Positions 37,701 to 45,587 of a DNA stretch of 64,000 nucleotides are shown here, piece after piece. Position 1 is the first letter of the stretch, and every line of letters begins with the position of its first letter. The DNA is from an uncultured Candidatus Saccharibacteria bacterium. GTDB taxonomy: Bacteria; Patescibacteriota; Minisyncoccia; Phycocordibacterales; UBA9973. The notes beneath the pieces are model-generated. The model saw only the letters and a program-made list of their open reading frames with translations, made no database searches and was not told where the DNA came from. The position numbers and the translations under genes are program-made. The stretch spans positions 7,199-71,198 of the forward strand of contig CAZCXF010000004.1 of NCBI GenBank assembly GCA_964502615.1, in the 5' to 3' direction.

Positions 37701-40700
37701 CTTGAAGTTGTAAATTCAGCATTTCCTGCAACAGTAAGAGCGCTTGTTGCACTAGTAGTTTGTATGCCAACATTTCCTGCTTTATCAATTATAAATGGAC
37801 TACTATCTGTATATGTACCATCATCATTCACTCGAAATGCTAGAGCATTGGTACCAGTTTGCGCAGTTGTAACATTAAGTGTTGTACCCTCTCCACCTGC
37901 AGCACCAAGTAGTCCGAGTTTAAGCGCAGTACCATCGACATCAACATCAGCATTGTTGTATTCTATCTTTGCAAGGTCTCCTGTCCAAGAAGTTCCCGGT
38001 GCACCTGTTGCAGAAATATTAAGAAGTCCACCAGTTGTAAATGCTGTTGAAGTCGAAGTGAGATTAAATAATGTACCAGTCGTCAAAGCATTTGCTGTCC
38101 AGGTAAATGGATTCTGTGTTGAAGCAGTAGACCAATCCCATTGTTGTGCATAGTTTGTGTTGTCGATTGTATTTGTACCAGTTGCAAGAGTAATGGTATT
38201 GAGTGAAGTACTTCCTGCTCCTCCACAAGCACCAGCTGAAATGAGTCCAACGTTATCAGTCTTTATACACTGAGTTCCTCCACCTCCATAAAACGGTGCA
38301 GTAATTTGTCCATTATAATCAATTGCAAACTTAGAAGTTGCATTATTTTTAATATTCAGAAGATTCCCTCCTGTTTGTGCACCTGATGTATCAAATTTAT
38401 ATGCATCACCGGAACCAGAAGCAGTGATACTTGCAGAGAGAGTGTTGTAACCAATAGTAAGATTATTTGAAGCTATAGAATATGAACTTGTTCCGTAAAC
38501 ACCTCCAGCCACAGCTAGATTCTTGTTTATAATAACAATGTCTGCGGAACTATATACTATGTTTGCATCAGAAACACCGATTGTTGACGTATCATTTCTA
38601 GCAATATTTATTCCACCTGGACCTGCAGATATTAAACCATTTGATGATGCAATTTTTGCTTTCACAACACCACTTGCAGTTGAGTAAAAATCTCCAGCTT
38701 GATCTGTATCCCCTGTCACTTGAAGTTTGTAGGCACCAAGATCAGAAGTTGAACCGATTTGAAGTTCACCAGCAGTATTAAATCTTCCTCCTTCGTTAGG
38801 GCTGTCGAAGGAATCATCGTAATAAAAATACAGAGCTCCAGAATTACCACCGCCAATACCTGCAAAAGTATTATTTCCTCCGTTAAGGAACAATATACTA
38901 TCTGTACTAACTCGAGCACCCCCAGATCCACCACCATTTGCATTTAGACGTATTACTCCACCAGCTATATTTATATTACTTGAAGAAGCCCAGACAGAGT
39001 CACCACCTGATGAGTACAATGATCCAATTGTCCCTGTACCGAAATCTGTTTGACCTGTGATTTTAGTATTTCCAGTAACTTGCAGTGCATATGTACCAAG
39101 ATCAGTCATTGAACCAATTTGGAGTTCGCCAGCAGAGTTTATTCTCATTCTCTCTCCTGCAGTTCCGGTCGAGAATGCAAGGGTATTTGCTCCAGGACTC
39201 CAAATACCTGTATCTAAATCTCCGTTAAATGTATATGAGGGTGCAGTAGTTCCTCCAAGCTGGTTAGCAATAACTCCTGTTTGGGTAATATATAAACCAG
39301 AACCATTCTGTAATGTAAGATTAGTAGTGTCTAGAGTAACTGGAATTGTAAATAATACATGATTTGCACCTGAAATGGTAGCTCCGGCACTTGCATTTCC
39401 TGTAATACTTAAATATATAGGATCATTGCGAAGTAAAATAGAAACACCGCCTGTTTCAGTCCCTGCTACTTTGAAATAACTTCGCGTGCCATCACTAACA
39501 TCAAGTATTCCTGTTGGAGTTGCTGTACCAATTCCTACCCTCCCTCCCATAAACGCTGCCGCATATGTTGTATCTGCAGTGTTGGCGGTTGTAGCGTCGA
39601 CATAAAGACCGGTGACAGTGTTAGCAAGTGAGCCAGCATCGGTAAATGAAATATGTTGGCCATAGAGAGTGTCTGCATTTGTTGCTTGGTTGTTTGTGAG
39701 AGCAAGTTTTTCTCCATAATATGTCTCTGATGCTGCAGAGCCAGAAACTGTCACAGTGTTTAAGAATCCAGATGAACCAGTTGTAGTAATAGCGGAACTA
39801 GTGAGAGCAAGTGGTGCACCAGTTGCTGCGTTAGTAGAGATAGTTACAATATCGTTAGCGGTGGCAGGAGAAAGTGTGGTGCCACTTCTTGACCAGTATC
39901 CGATCGCGCCAGAGGTTGGGGCAGTAGATGTAAGATTTTTTGAGCCGTCTGTATAAACAGCAGAAGAAGCAGTGAGACCAGAGACATTTAATGAATCGAC
40001 AATTGCGTTGCCTGTGACTTGAAGCTTAAATGTTCCAAGGTCAGAGGTTGATCCGATTTGTACTTCTCCTGTCTGGAAAATATGTCTCGTAATACTACTG
40101 TTACCATACGCAGCAGTATTAGAACCAAAGCCGGTGGTGTTATAGCCGAGTACTATTTCGTTGGTATCCCCATCTGCTAGAGCTTTGGTGCTTGCTCCTA
40201 AATAAACAGATGTGTTAGAGGTCTGGTTTGAAGTTGAGCCATCTGCAATAACTCCTCCGGCAAAATACCCTAGAGCGGCATTATAGTAACCTGAGGTGTT
40301 TCTTTCGAGAGCATAGATTCCAAAGGCTGAGTTGGAATAACCTGTGTCGTTAAGTTTGAGAGCATACATTCCAAAAGCTGAGTTGGAATAACCTGTGGTA
40401 TTGGTGGTGAGAGCTTGGACTCCGAAACCAGAATTATAATAGCCGGTAGTATCGGAATTGAGCACTTGGACTCCGAAACCTGAATTATTTGAGGCCTGAT
40501 ATGTTGCTGTCGCTGTGCTTCCCATTGTCAAATTACCGGCACTTAATCCTACAAAAGTATTACTACCGTTTGGTCTTGCGCCACCTCCAGTTGGATGCCT
40601 GTAGTTATGAATAAAAGGTGTTCCATCTTTATAGATAATTCCATTTGAAGCATTAGTGTCTGTTTGTTGATCTGCTATTCTAAAATTACCTGTGATTTCT

Positions 40701-43093
40701 AGTTGAGCTTGTGGTGTTGCTGTACCAATCCCCACATTACCTTGATCGAAAATCGCAGCGTAATTACCACCAGTTGCACCAGATGCAGTTGAGTAAAGAC
40801 CGACGTTGACTGCACTTGCACCAGTTCGTGTATTTGAAAAATATCCACCATATGTAGTTTGTGCACCAGTAAGCGCACCAGTGAGTGCAACATTTAATCC
40901 TTTTTGCCCGGTAGTTGCGGCGGCACTCGATGAAGTTAGGGAGAGAATATTTCCAGAAGTTGCTGAATTAGCAGTTATCAATCCAGCGTTGCCTGTTGTC
41001 GCTCCAGATGTAGTTAAAAAATCACCGTTGTTATCAACTTGAAATTGAGAAGAGGAACCTACAGAGAATAAATTAGTTGGGCTTACTGTACCTACACCAA
41101 CACTACCTCCACCAGAAGGAACTACGATTGCATAGTTATTATCAGCTCCTGTTGCTGTTGCGTACAAACCATAAGCTGTTCCTGCAGGGGCAGTTGCTGA
41201 AAAATATCCTCCGTAAACATTTGGCCCACCTCCTGTTCCTGTGGCTGTTCCGTAAATAGCATATTGAGTATTGTTACTTGCAGAAGTACTACTATACAAA
41301 CCGTAATTTATAGCACCAGTACCGTCATGACCATTTGAAATGTAAGCTCCGTAACTTGAAACAGAACTAGTAGCATTAGTTCCGGTAAGAGCAATATTTA
41401 ACCCTTTCTGATTTGTAGCAGCTGCTGTTCCACTTGAAGAAATATTTAAAAGTGACCCAGATGTTAGTGTTGAAGAAGCTAAATACATACCAGTTCCAGA
41501 AGTGAGTGAATTAAAGTTTCCAGCAAATGCAGAAGTTGTTGTCGTACCTGTTGTCACTCCAGAGTTGATAGTAAATGTTCCTGCACCTGCGAGAGTATTT
41601 GTTAATGATTGACCAGATGTTGGAGCAAATGTTATAGCGCCAGTGTCGAGGAATGATGCAATGGCTGTACCGTTGTCTTGGATTAATAAATCTCCAGTTG
41701 ATGCCAGATTAAATTTTATATCAGCAGTACCATTTGAAGTTACTCGTAGTGGTGAGGCAGTAGAAGTTGCGAGTGTTGAGATATCTACTAGTGATTGGTT
41801 TCCAGCACCATTTGCAGCTGCAGTGGTTTCACCAAAAGTAAATGCTGTTTTTGCTGCTGTAGTTAGTGCCCAGTTCCAAACAATTGCATTGTCACCGTTA
41901 CCAATTGTTGCAGTTGTGTTTGCTGCGGCGACATTGTTAAGCGGAACTGTGAAAGATGATGATGCAATCTTCTCGACTACTCCAGTAGAAGTGTTACGTG
42001 TTAGAACTTCATATCCACCAGCAGACGCTGAAGGTGAGGTTGCTAGAGTTAGTATTCCAGTACTTCCAATTCGAAGCTTTTCACTCACAGCTGTACCTCC
42101 ACTTTGTGTTAGAAAAATCAAGTCACCACTTTCTGAGCCTGCTGTGTTTCCAAGATTAGTAATCTGAATACTTGCTCTTGCTATTTGCCTTGTACCATTG
42201 GCAGCTGAGAATAGCAAACCATTCGAATTTGAATTAGTCATGAAAATACCACTGTTACCAGCTGTATTGCCTCCGTTACCGAAGTAGAAAGGATATGAAA
42301 GATCAGAGCCAGCATTAGTGAGTCTGAGTAGAACAGTAGTATTACCTTGGTTATTTATTTGATTGGTAACAGTAAGGACACCGTTGGCTTGAATATAGTT
42401 TGAGAACGTCTTATCTCCAGCGAATGTCTGTGTTCCTGTTGTAACTACACCGCCAAACGATGCAGATGCTGGTTCAAGATTAAGAACTGAGCCTGTAATT
42501 GTAGCGCCGTTTGCATTCGGAGATGATCCAATTGCAGAAAGTGTTGTTACTCCTGTTGCAGTTGATCCTTCAATTATGTTTCCAGTTGAATCTACTTGCA
42601 AAGCAAAAGTCGGAGTACCAGTAAACGTACCAGCTCCGTATTGTGCGAGTTTAAACTTACCACTGTTCAAAAATCTTCCGACTTCTGTCGCACCGTTGTT
42701 TCCAGTTTTGAAAATAATATCTGCACCAGTTGTACCAACTCCAGAAGTTGATTTGAAAGTTAGTGTATCTGTAGTACCAGTACCTCCGATCAAAGTTGAT
42801 CCACCAGATAGACCGATATTGTTTGCAATGAGTGTAGCGTTAACAGTTGGACCAGTGTAAGTAACAAGTGAACCTGCGTCGTTGAACTGAAGGTGTCCGT
42901 CACCAATCTCAGCCCATGGGTGACCAGGGTTTGGAGTAGTAGCTGTTACGATACCAACGATTGAGAAAGCGAGGAATAGGAAAAGTACTGAGTAGACAGC
43001 ATAGTGAAGAGAAAATCTAGGGTGAATTTTCTTCGCAATTTTTGTTAGAAATCGTATGTATTTTTGATTGTTGTTTTCGGACATAAAATACAA
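31763..43093 (-). CDS. Giant (3776 aa) N-terminally anchored Thr/Gly/Ser/Ala/Asn-rich beta-repeat surface protein, with tail-fibre-like G-N-V-G-I-G-T-x-x-P motifs, a poly-Gly region, a conserved globular domain and a C-terminal Pro-rich repeat
   Basis: Single uninterrupted 11.3 kb ORF. N-terminal TM 'VYSVLFLFLAFSIVGIVTA'. Recurring 'GNVGIGTATPQAQLEI' / 'GRVGIGTATPTGILDV' motifs and internal duplications ('TAPTSGAIGYWSRSGTTLS' twice). Gly-rich GGGGxGG block. C-terminal 'PPTDGGSNPPPADNTQ' x3. Confidence 0.7.
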   Translation of the reverse strand: MYFMSENNNQKYIRFLTKIAKKIHPRFSLHYAVYSVLFLFLAFSIVGIVTATTPNPGHPWAEIGDGHLQFNDAGSLVTYTGPTVNATLIANNIGLSGGSTLIGGTGTTDTLTFKSTSGVGTTGADIIFKTGNNGATEVGRFLNSGKFKLAQYGAGTFTGTPTFALQVDSTGNIIEGSTATGVTTLSAIGSSPNANGATITGSVLNLEPASASFGGVVTTGTQTFAGDKTFSNYIQANGVLTVTNQINNQGNTTVLLRLTNAGSDLSYPFYFGNGGNTAGNSGIFMTNSNSNGLLFSAANGTRQIARASIQITNLGNTAGSESGDLIFLTQSGGTAVSEKLRIGSTGILTLATSPSASAGGYEVLTRNTSTGVVEKIASSSFTVPLNNVAAANTTATIGNGDNAIVWNWALTTAAKTAFTFGETTAAANGAGNQSLVDISTLATSTASPLRVTSNGTADIKFNLASTGDLLIQDNGTAIASFLDTGAITFAPTSGQSLTNTLAGAGTFTINSGVTTGTTTTSAFAGNFNSLTSGTGMYLASSTLTSGSLLNISSSGTAAATNQKGLNIALTGTNATSSVSSYGAYISNGHDGTGAINYGLYSSTSASNNTQYAIYGTATGTGGGPNVYGGYFSATAPAGTAYGLYATATGADNNYAIVVPSGGGSVGVGTVSPTNLFSVGSSSQFQVDNNGDFLTTSGATTGNAGLITANSATSGNILSLTSSSAAATTGQKGLNVALTGALTGAQTTYGGYFSNTRTGASAVNVGLYSTASGATGGNYAAIFDQGNVGIGTATPQAQLEITGNFRIADQQTDTNASNGIIYKDGTPFIHNYRHPTGGGARPNGSNTFVGLSAGNLTMGSTATATYQASNNSGFGVQVLNSDTTGYYNSGFGVQALTTNTTGYSNSAFGMYALKLNDTGYSNSAFGIYALERNTSGYYNAALGYFAGGVIADGSTSNQTSNTSVYLGASTKALADGDTNEIVLGYNTTGFGSNTAAYGNSSITRHIFQTGEVQIGSTSDLGTFKLQVTGNAIVDSLNVSGLTASSAVYTDGSKNLTSTAPTSGAIGYWSRSGTTLSPATANDIVTISTNAATGAPLALTSSAITTTGSSGFLNTVTVSGSAASETYYGEKLALTNNQATNADTLYGQHISFTDAGSLANTVTGLYVDATTANTADTTYAAAFMGGRVGIGTATPTGILDVSDGTRSYFKVAGTETGGVSILLRNDPIYLSITGNASAGATISGANHVLFTIPVTLDTTNLTLQNGSGLYITQTGVIANQLGGTTAPSYTFNGDLDTGIWSPGANTLAFSTGTAGERMRINSAGELQIGSMTDLGTYALQVTGNTKITGQTDFGTGTIGSLYSSGGDSVWASSSNINIAGGVIRLNANGGGSGGARVSTDSILFLNGGNNTFAGIGGGNSGALYFYYDDSFDSPNEGGRFNTAGELQIGSTSDLGAYKLQVTGDTDQAGDFYSTASGVVKAKIASSNGLISAGPGGINIARNDTSTIGVSDANIVYSSADIVIINKNLAVAGGVYGTSSYSIASNNLTIGYNTLSASITASGSGDAYKFDTSGAQTGGNLLNIKNNATSKFAIDYNGQITAPFYGGGGTQCIKTDNVGLISAGACGGAGSTSLNTITLATGTNTIDNTNYAQQWDWSTASTQNPFTWTANALTTGTLFNLTSTSTAFTTGGLLNISATGAPGTSWTGDLAKIEYNNADVDVDGTALKLGLLGAAGGEGTTLNVTTAQTGTNALAFRVNDDGTYTDSSPFIIDKAGNVGIQTTSATSALTVAGNAEFTTSSTSGFTFTNATASSSSGVLRLNATSSSDFVPGARFSTTQTGTGALTASYGLQNFWTSSAVVAGASVSQTAYGIYNNASKTGADTATGTYTLYGSYNTADNTGRTAAGTVNTYGGYFAATGDTAGASTAIGLYATASGADNNYAAIFNAGNVGIANTAPQYKLHVGAGNDVSDIASTELAIFQNNGSSSISVRDASTNAEAYIYADGGGSMFGSSGNYPVQIGSNAGTSIYIDTSNNLNIGGDISPNSLFTVGPGSEFQVNSSGAIASAAGIISSGTIQFSALTSNGPLYTSGGNGTLTTTAPTSGAIGYWSRSGTTLSATTANDVVTLNTTNTTGADLGITNTGVYTGTGIFNLTANSATTGTLASITGNGLTSGSLLSLSSNGTTAANGQKGLSVTLAGNVGTTITTYAGYFDNSHTRTAGTPVNIGVYGNASSGGADNYGVYGQATGGNNNFAGYFTNDGAAYTPVTKILNTSTATNGYTQMAIAGGQEWSIGVGNTNETALSLASKFFIYYPFGGIVPLTIDTSGNVGIADTTPDALFDIDSNATTGTNLGITNTGVYTGTGIFNITANSASSGKVQSISANNLTTGYALDVGISNGTLTTGGAINVSGATYSHANGQTGSLVNLSVSNGSATGGALTSTTNGINIDSNFNTTNATSGVKTLNAINVGAPTFTACTGGATCTWNGLRVNNTASTSVVSSTGILINGASSGSAGTQIGLDIGGITAGTATETAIRVGSGWDTVIGGTTAGTNLIGFTNFTVATSGNLDTQGTIQAGSSNITLTTAAGTIDASTALTLTSSDGTGSTSNGSGLEVGNTTAIGLLQGCADGEILKWTESTSVWSCATDATGGGAGSFTSSAGVINKTTASDRLNLLYGDAADTQFTIENTTNGTIPTADAMKIDLTGGTTGMVTASTEALSIAWEAGDMTSGGTISGINLAFTPISTGVSSTDLFNGLTIANITGTSATESAISIGAGWDVGVRMFETNTGNGTNSVSISAPASITTDYTITLPDKPSANGCMNMDTNGTITVATCGDVNYNVFTSNTTYTKKAGVKSLIIEAIGGGGSGGGGQAAAVANPRMGGSGGGGGAYVTKTFDGANFTSSAVNVQAPAAVTGGASATNGTAGDTACVSVNAACSATSTVFIEAYGGGRGGKGGIAAAGSGGGGGGGTGAVGSNSPSATGGTGGGPNGGAANASGGQFGGGGGGTATNTAAGAGGSAIYGGGGGGSTAGSNNAALVTGGAGGTSIWGGGGGGAGGQVLGNNAASAGGAGGKSGGTQNWVAGGGGAGGGAAAGAGGNGANSADANSTGTAGYGGGGGGANNAAAGVGGAGGNGGNPGGGGGGGGPGVTGGAGGNGGRGEVRIIEIRGASGADLGEFYATNDPLIEAADVVSFDPDLEAGVKMSSKKYDSNVAGVISTQPDMVMGSGMLRQGAKSVVLALAGRVPVKVSAMNGIIKPGDYLTTSSHPGWAMKATKAGHVIGQALTGWNPAVDDPNVDPDRMGVVILFVQPGYYNGQKLESITEDSTLLSGLTPNTGDTPNTPEAPVADKQEFGQKVLAKLLSDVVASRTAPGPTVDPNANTLDMSDLYADRLVAAVEIITPKITTDVLATNTLKSATGDDINLILNENGKFIIGTKDGTNTSNSVNPAIVFDSLGNATFKGTVTAHDIKLGDISGVQAITDQINSLAEGQQAFTLTAEGMNTLSSALTIAQADIKKLQEDLTTASTTIAGLTTSGTDLDTRLKVIESFLTKDADGNVNGFTMNMLSVTGDSSFAGQAKFNGLSFFSNTTTFDGDVVFSKQAEFSLPPLFNKDTAGYALIKAGDRRAKIVFDKPYISTPVVNASMTFEKDDNVDDSAAASLFGEDIRYIVVDKDQTGFTILLNKTPNRDIRFSWTVFSVKDPKIFESILEETGLTPDPVPTNPPPTDGGSNNPPPADNTQPPTDGGSNPPPADNTQPPTDGGSNPPPADNTPPPTTT
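31787..31930. repeat. 48-bp perfect tandem DNA repeat (x3) at the 3' end of the giant gene, encoding PPTDGGSNPPPADNTQ
   Basis: 'TTGTCAGCTGGTGGTGGGTTACTACCTCCATCTGTTGGTGGTTGCGTA' repeated head-to-tail. Confidence 0.8.
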
Positions 43094-43155
43094 CTATATT
43101 ATATCATAGTTGTATAGCGAAAACACTCGAAAAACTGTTAGATTTATTGATTTTT

Positions 43156-43298
43156 GTGGAAAACTGTGGATAACTTTTGTGAGAATTCCTGAAAAAATAA
43201 TTTTCCCAAAATCAATCAAAACTGATGCCTTATTTTAGCATATTTTTGGTCAAAATTCGAGCCTATTCCCCTACTTTTTTATATTAAATTGTGGATAA
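43156..43298. promoter_or_regulatory. Cluster of DnaA-box 9-mers in the AT-rich region upstream of the giant gene: two perfect TGTGGATAA boxes and one 1-mismatch TGTGGAAAA box
   Basis: The TTATCCACA reverse complement is seen at 43166-43174 and 43290-43298. The TTTTCCACA reverse complement is at 43156-43164. Confidence 0.35.
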
Positions 43299-43328
43299 CC
43301 AAAAATGGTTATTTTAAAGTAAAAATAG

Positions 43329-45185
43329 TTACCTAACAACATAACCGAGTGAAGATAATTTTTCAGTTATTTTTGACATAATTAGATTTATTTCTTCAGT
43401 GGTGAGAGTGCGATCGTATGACTGGAAAATTAGTCGGAACGCATAAGAAACTTTATCATCCTTTTTGAAAGTATCTACTAAAATCGGATCTTTGATTAGG
43501 AGTTCAGTTCCAAATTCATGATAAATTTTTGCAAGTTCATCAGCAGAAACATTTTCTGGCACCCAAACAGCAATATCACGAGTTGCAAAAGGATACAAAC
43601 TCCACATTTTGAAATAATTCATAGCGGAGGTAGGTAATACTTTTTCTGAGTCGGCGTCGGAGCCCCCGGAGAGAGGGTTAAGACGCGAAGAGAGAGTATT
43701 ATCTACCGTAGATCCGAGAATTTGAAGAAAACTTTCTTCAAATTCATCCAATTTCATTTCTTTTATTTCTTTTTTATTTGCAAATCCTACGTGTACTTCT
43801 TCCCCATTTTTGGTAAATACTGTTCCAATTTCAAATATTTTTATTTCATTTAAATTTAAATATGGAGCATTTAATTTATTTAATTCATAAGATTCTTTTA
43901 ATCCGTCTGTCAGATTGGTCCTTAAGAATTTTTTATCCGAAGCTGAAGCTAAAACTTCAACTACCCCAGTATTAGCAAATGCATAAGTCATGACCTCAAG
44001 ATAGCCATTTGATGCTAAAATTTCTCGTGCTTTTGAGATTTTTTGGTATGTTTCATTTTCTTTTAAATCTACTTTAATCCTTGGTAATACTGGCTTTATT
44101 TTGTCATAGCCTATTATACGAGCTATTTCTTCGGCCATATCTTCCCGGTTTGTAAGATCTAGCCGCATTGGGGGTATAGATACAGAAAAGTTATCTTCTG
44201 ATTTTGTAAAATCAAATTTATATCGTTTCAAAATGTCTTCAATTTCACTATCTGATATCTTAAGACCCAATAAATTTTCTATATATTTTTTTGAGAATTC
44301 TAAGTTATGGCTTTCTTGTTTTTTAGGATATACATCTACAATTTCTTCAAATGTCGCTTCTGGAAAAAGTTCAATCAGCAGTGCAGATAATGCAAACATA
44401 CCAAAATCACAAAGCTCTGGTGACAAATCATTTTCAAATCTTTTTGCAGAATCCGATAGTTGTCCGATTCTTCTTGCAGTTTTTCTGACTGATGTTGGAT
44501 TAAAGTTTGCAACTTCAAGAACAATATCAGTTGTTGTATCACTTATCCCAGATTCATGTCCTCCTTTTACTCCACCGAGTGCAAGATTAATTCCACCAGA
44601 AGTAATGACTAAATCATTTTCTTTTAGTTTGGCAGTTACTCCTTCTCTACCGACAAGTTTTAATTCATCACCTTCTTTTGCATTTGTTATTTTTATTTTC
44701 TCATATACAATTTTTTGTAAATCAAATGCGTGAGTTGGTTGACCACAATCATACATGACAATGTTTGTGGCATCCACGATATTATTTATACTTCTCTGTC
44801 CTATAGATTCTAGGTGTTTTACCATCCACTCTGGTGATGGGCCAACTTTTATATTGCGAACTATTCGAGCACTGTATCTCCTACAATTCTCTGTTTCTAT
44901 TTCGACTTTTAGATTTGTAGGTTTTGAAGCTGGAGTCTTATACATAGGGGTAGGATCTTTGAATTCTATTCCCAAGAGTCCAGATAGCTCACGAGCGACA
45001 CCTTGATGGGAAAGCAAATCATGCGCACGGTTTGGCAAAATTCCAAGATCAAAGAGAAAATCCCCGTCTGGTAATTTTTCAACTGATTCAACTTCGCAGA
45101 GATGGTAGGTAAAAATATCTGCCAAACGATTTGGTTCTGGAATTTCTGGCACATATGCTTTTAACCAATTGTAAGAAATTTTCAT
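43329..45185 (-). CDS. pheT: Phenylalanyl-tRNA synthetase beta subunit, shortened to 618 aa
   Basis: 'MKISYNWLKAYVPE' PheT N-terminus. B3/4 and B5 domains. Confidence 0.85.
   Translation of the reverse strand: MKISYNWLKAYVPEIPEPNRLADIFTYHLCEVESVEKLPDGDFLFDLGILPNRAHDLLSHQGVARELSGLLGIEFKDPTPMYKTPASKPTNLKVEIETENCRRYSARIVRNIKVGPSPEWMVKHLESIGQRSINNIVDATNIVMYDCGQPTHAFDLQKIVYEKIKITNAKEGDELKLVGREGVTAKLKENDLVITSGGINLALGGVKGGHESGISDTTTDIVLEVANFNPTSVRKTARRIGQLSDSAKRFENDLSPELCDFGMFALSALLIELFPEATFEEIVDVYPKKQESHNLEFSKKYIENLLGLKISDSEIEDILKRYKFDFTKSEDNFSVSIPPMRLDLTNREDMAEEIARIIGYDKIKPVLPRIKVDLKENETYQKISKAREILASNGYLEVMTYAFANTGVVEVLASASDKKFLRTNLTDGLKESYELNKLNAPYLNLNEIKIFEIGTVFTKNGEEVHVGFANKKEIKEMKLDEFEESFLQILGSTVDNTLSSRLNPLSGGSDADSEKVLPTSAMNYFKMWSLYPFATRDIAVWVPENVSADELAKIYHEFGTELLIKDPILVDTFKKDDKVSYAFRLIFQSYDRTLTTEEINLIMSKITEKLSSLGYVVR
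43629..43707 (-). mobile_element. Copy A of a 63-bp-core palindromic repeat inserted in-frame in pheT; adds '…PLSGGSDADSEKV…' to the protein
   Basis: Core ATACTTTTTCTGAGTCGGCGTCGGAGCCCCCGGAGAGAGGGTTAAGACGCGAAGAGAGAGTAT is near-identical to 46097-46159. Flanked by complementary arms. Confidence 0.55.
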
Positions 45186-45188
45186 AAA

Positions 45189-45584
45189 TTATTTTGACAC
45201 TACTATTAACCCAGAAACAACTGGTGCGACAATGTGAAACCATGGGTGGAATTTTTTATAATTACCAAATTTAAATCCATACCAGAAAAATATTCCTGTT
45301 AATGAAAGTGCAATAGTAAGTGGAACTTGGAATTGATTATTTACTTTAGTAAAAATAAAATAATACATGTAGATATAAGCACCAACTGCAAAAAACCAAT
45401 CAAAATCTCTTATTGCATGAAGTAATTTTGTTCTCTTGGAATTATTCTCTCTTAAATAATGAAAGATGGGTGAGAAAATACTAATTCCTAGCGCAAAGAA
45501 AAAATACAACCACTCATGTACTATTGCGGAAGCTATGACTGGAATGAATAGAAAAATATTGGATGTGATTATAAATTTCTTCAT
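45189..45584 (-). CDS. Hypothetical 4-TM membrane protein between pheT and pheS
   Basis: 131 aa and hydrophobic. No homology recognised. Confidence 0.4.
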   Translation of the reverse strand: MKKFIITSNIFLFIPVIASAIVHEWLYFFFALGISIFSPIFHYLRENNSKRTKLLHAIRDFDWFFAVGAYIYMYYFIFTKVNNQFQVPLTIALSLTGIFFWYGFKFGNYKKFHPWFHIVAPVVSGLIVVSK

Positions 45585-45587
45585 AGA

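Noticed and set aside
31763-43093. Giant protein with tail-fibre-like motifs considered as part of a prophage
   Set aside because: No capsid, terminase, portal, tail-tube or integrase genes occur anywhere in the window. The neighbours are glycosylation and housekeeping genes, so a cellular surface protein is more likely.
43094-43328. DnaA-box cluster considered as the chromosomal origin (oriC)
   Set aside because: Genes on both sides are on the same (minus) strand, dnaA/dnaN are not adjacent, and gyrB is ~30 kb away. Regulation of the giant-gene promoter is more parsimonious. It is kept as a finding but not called oriC.
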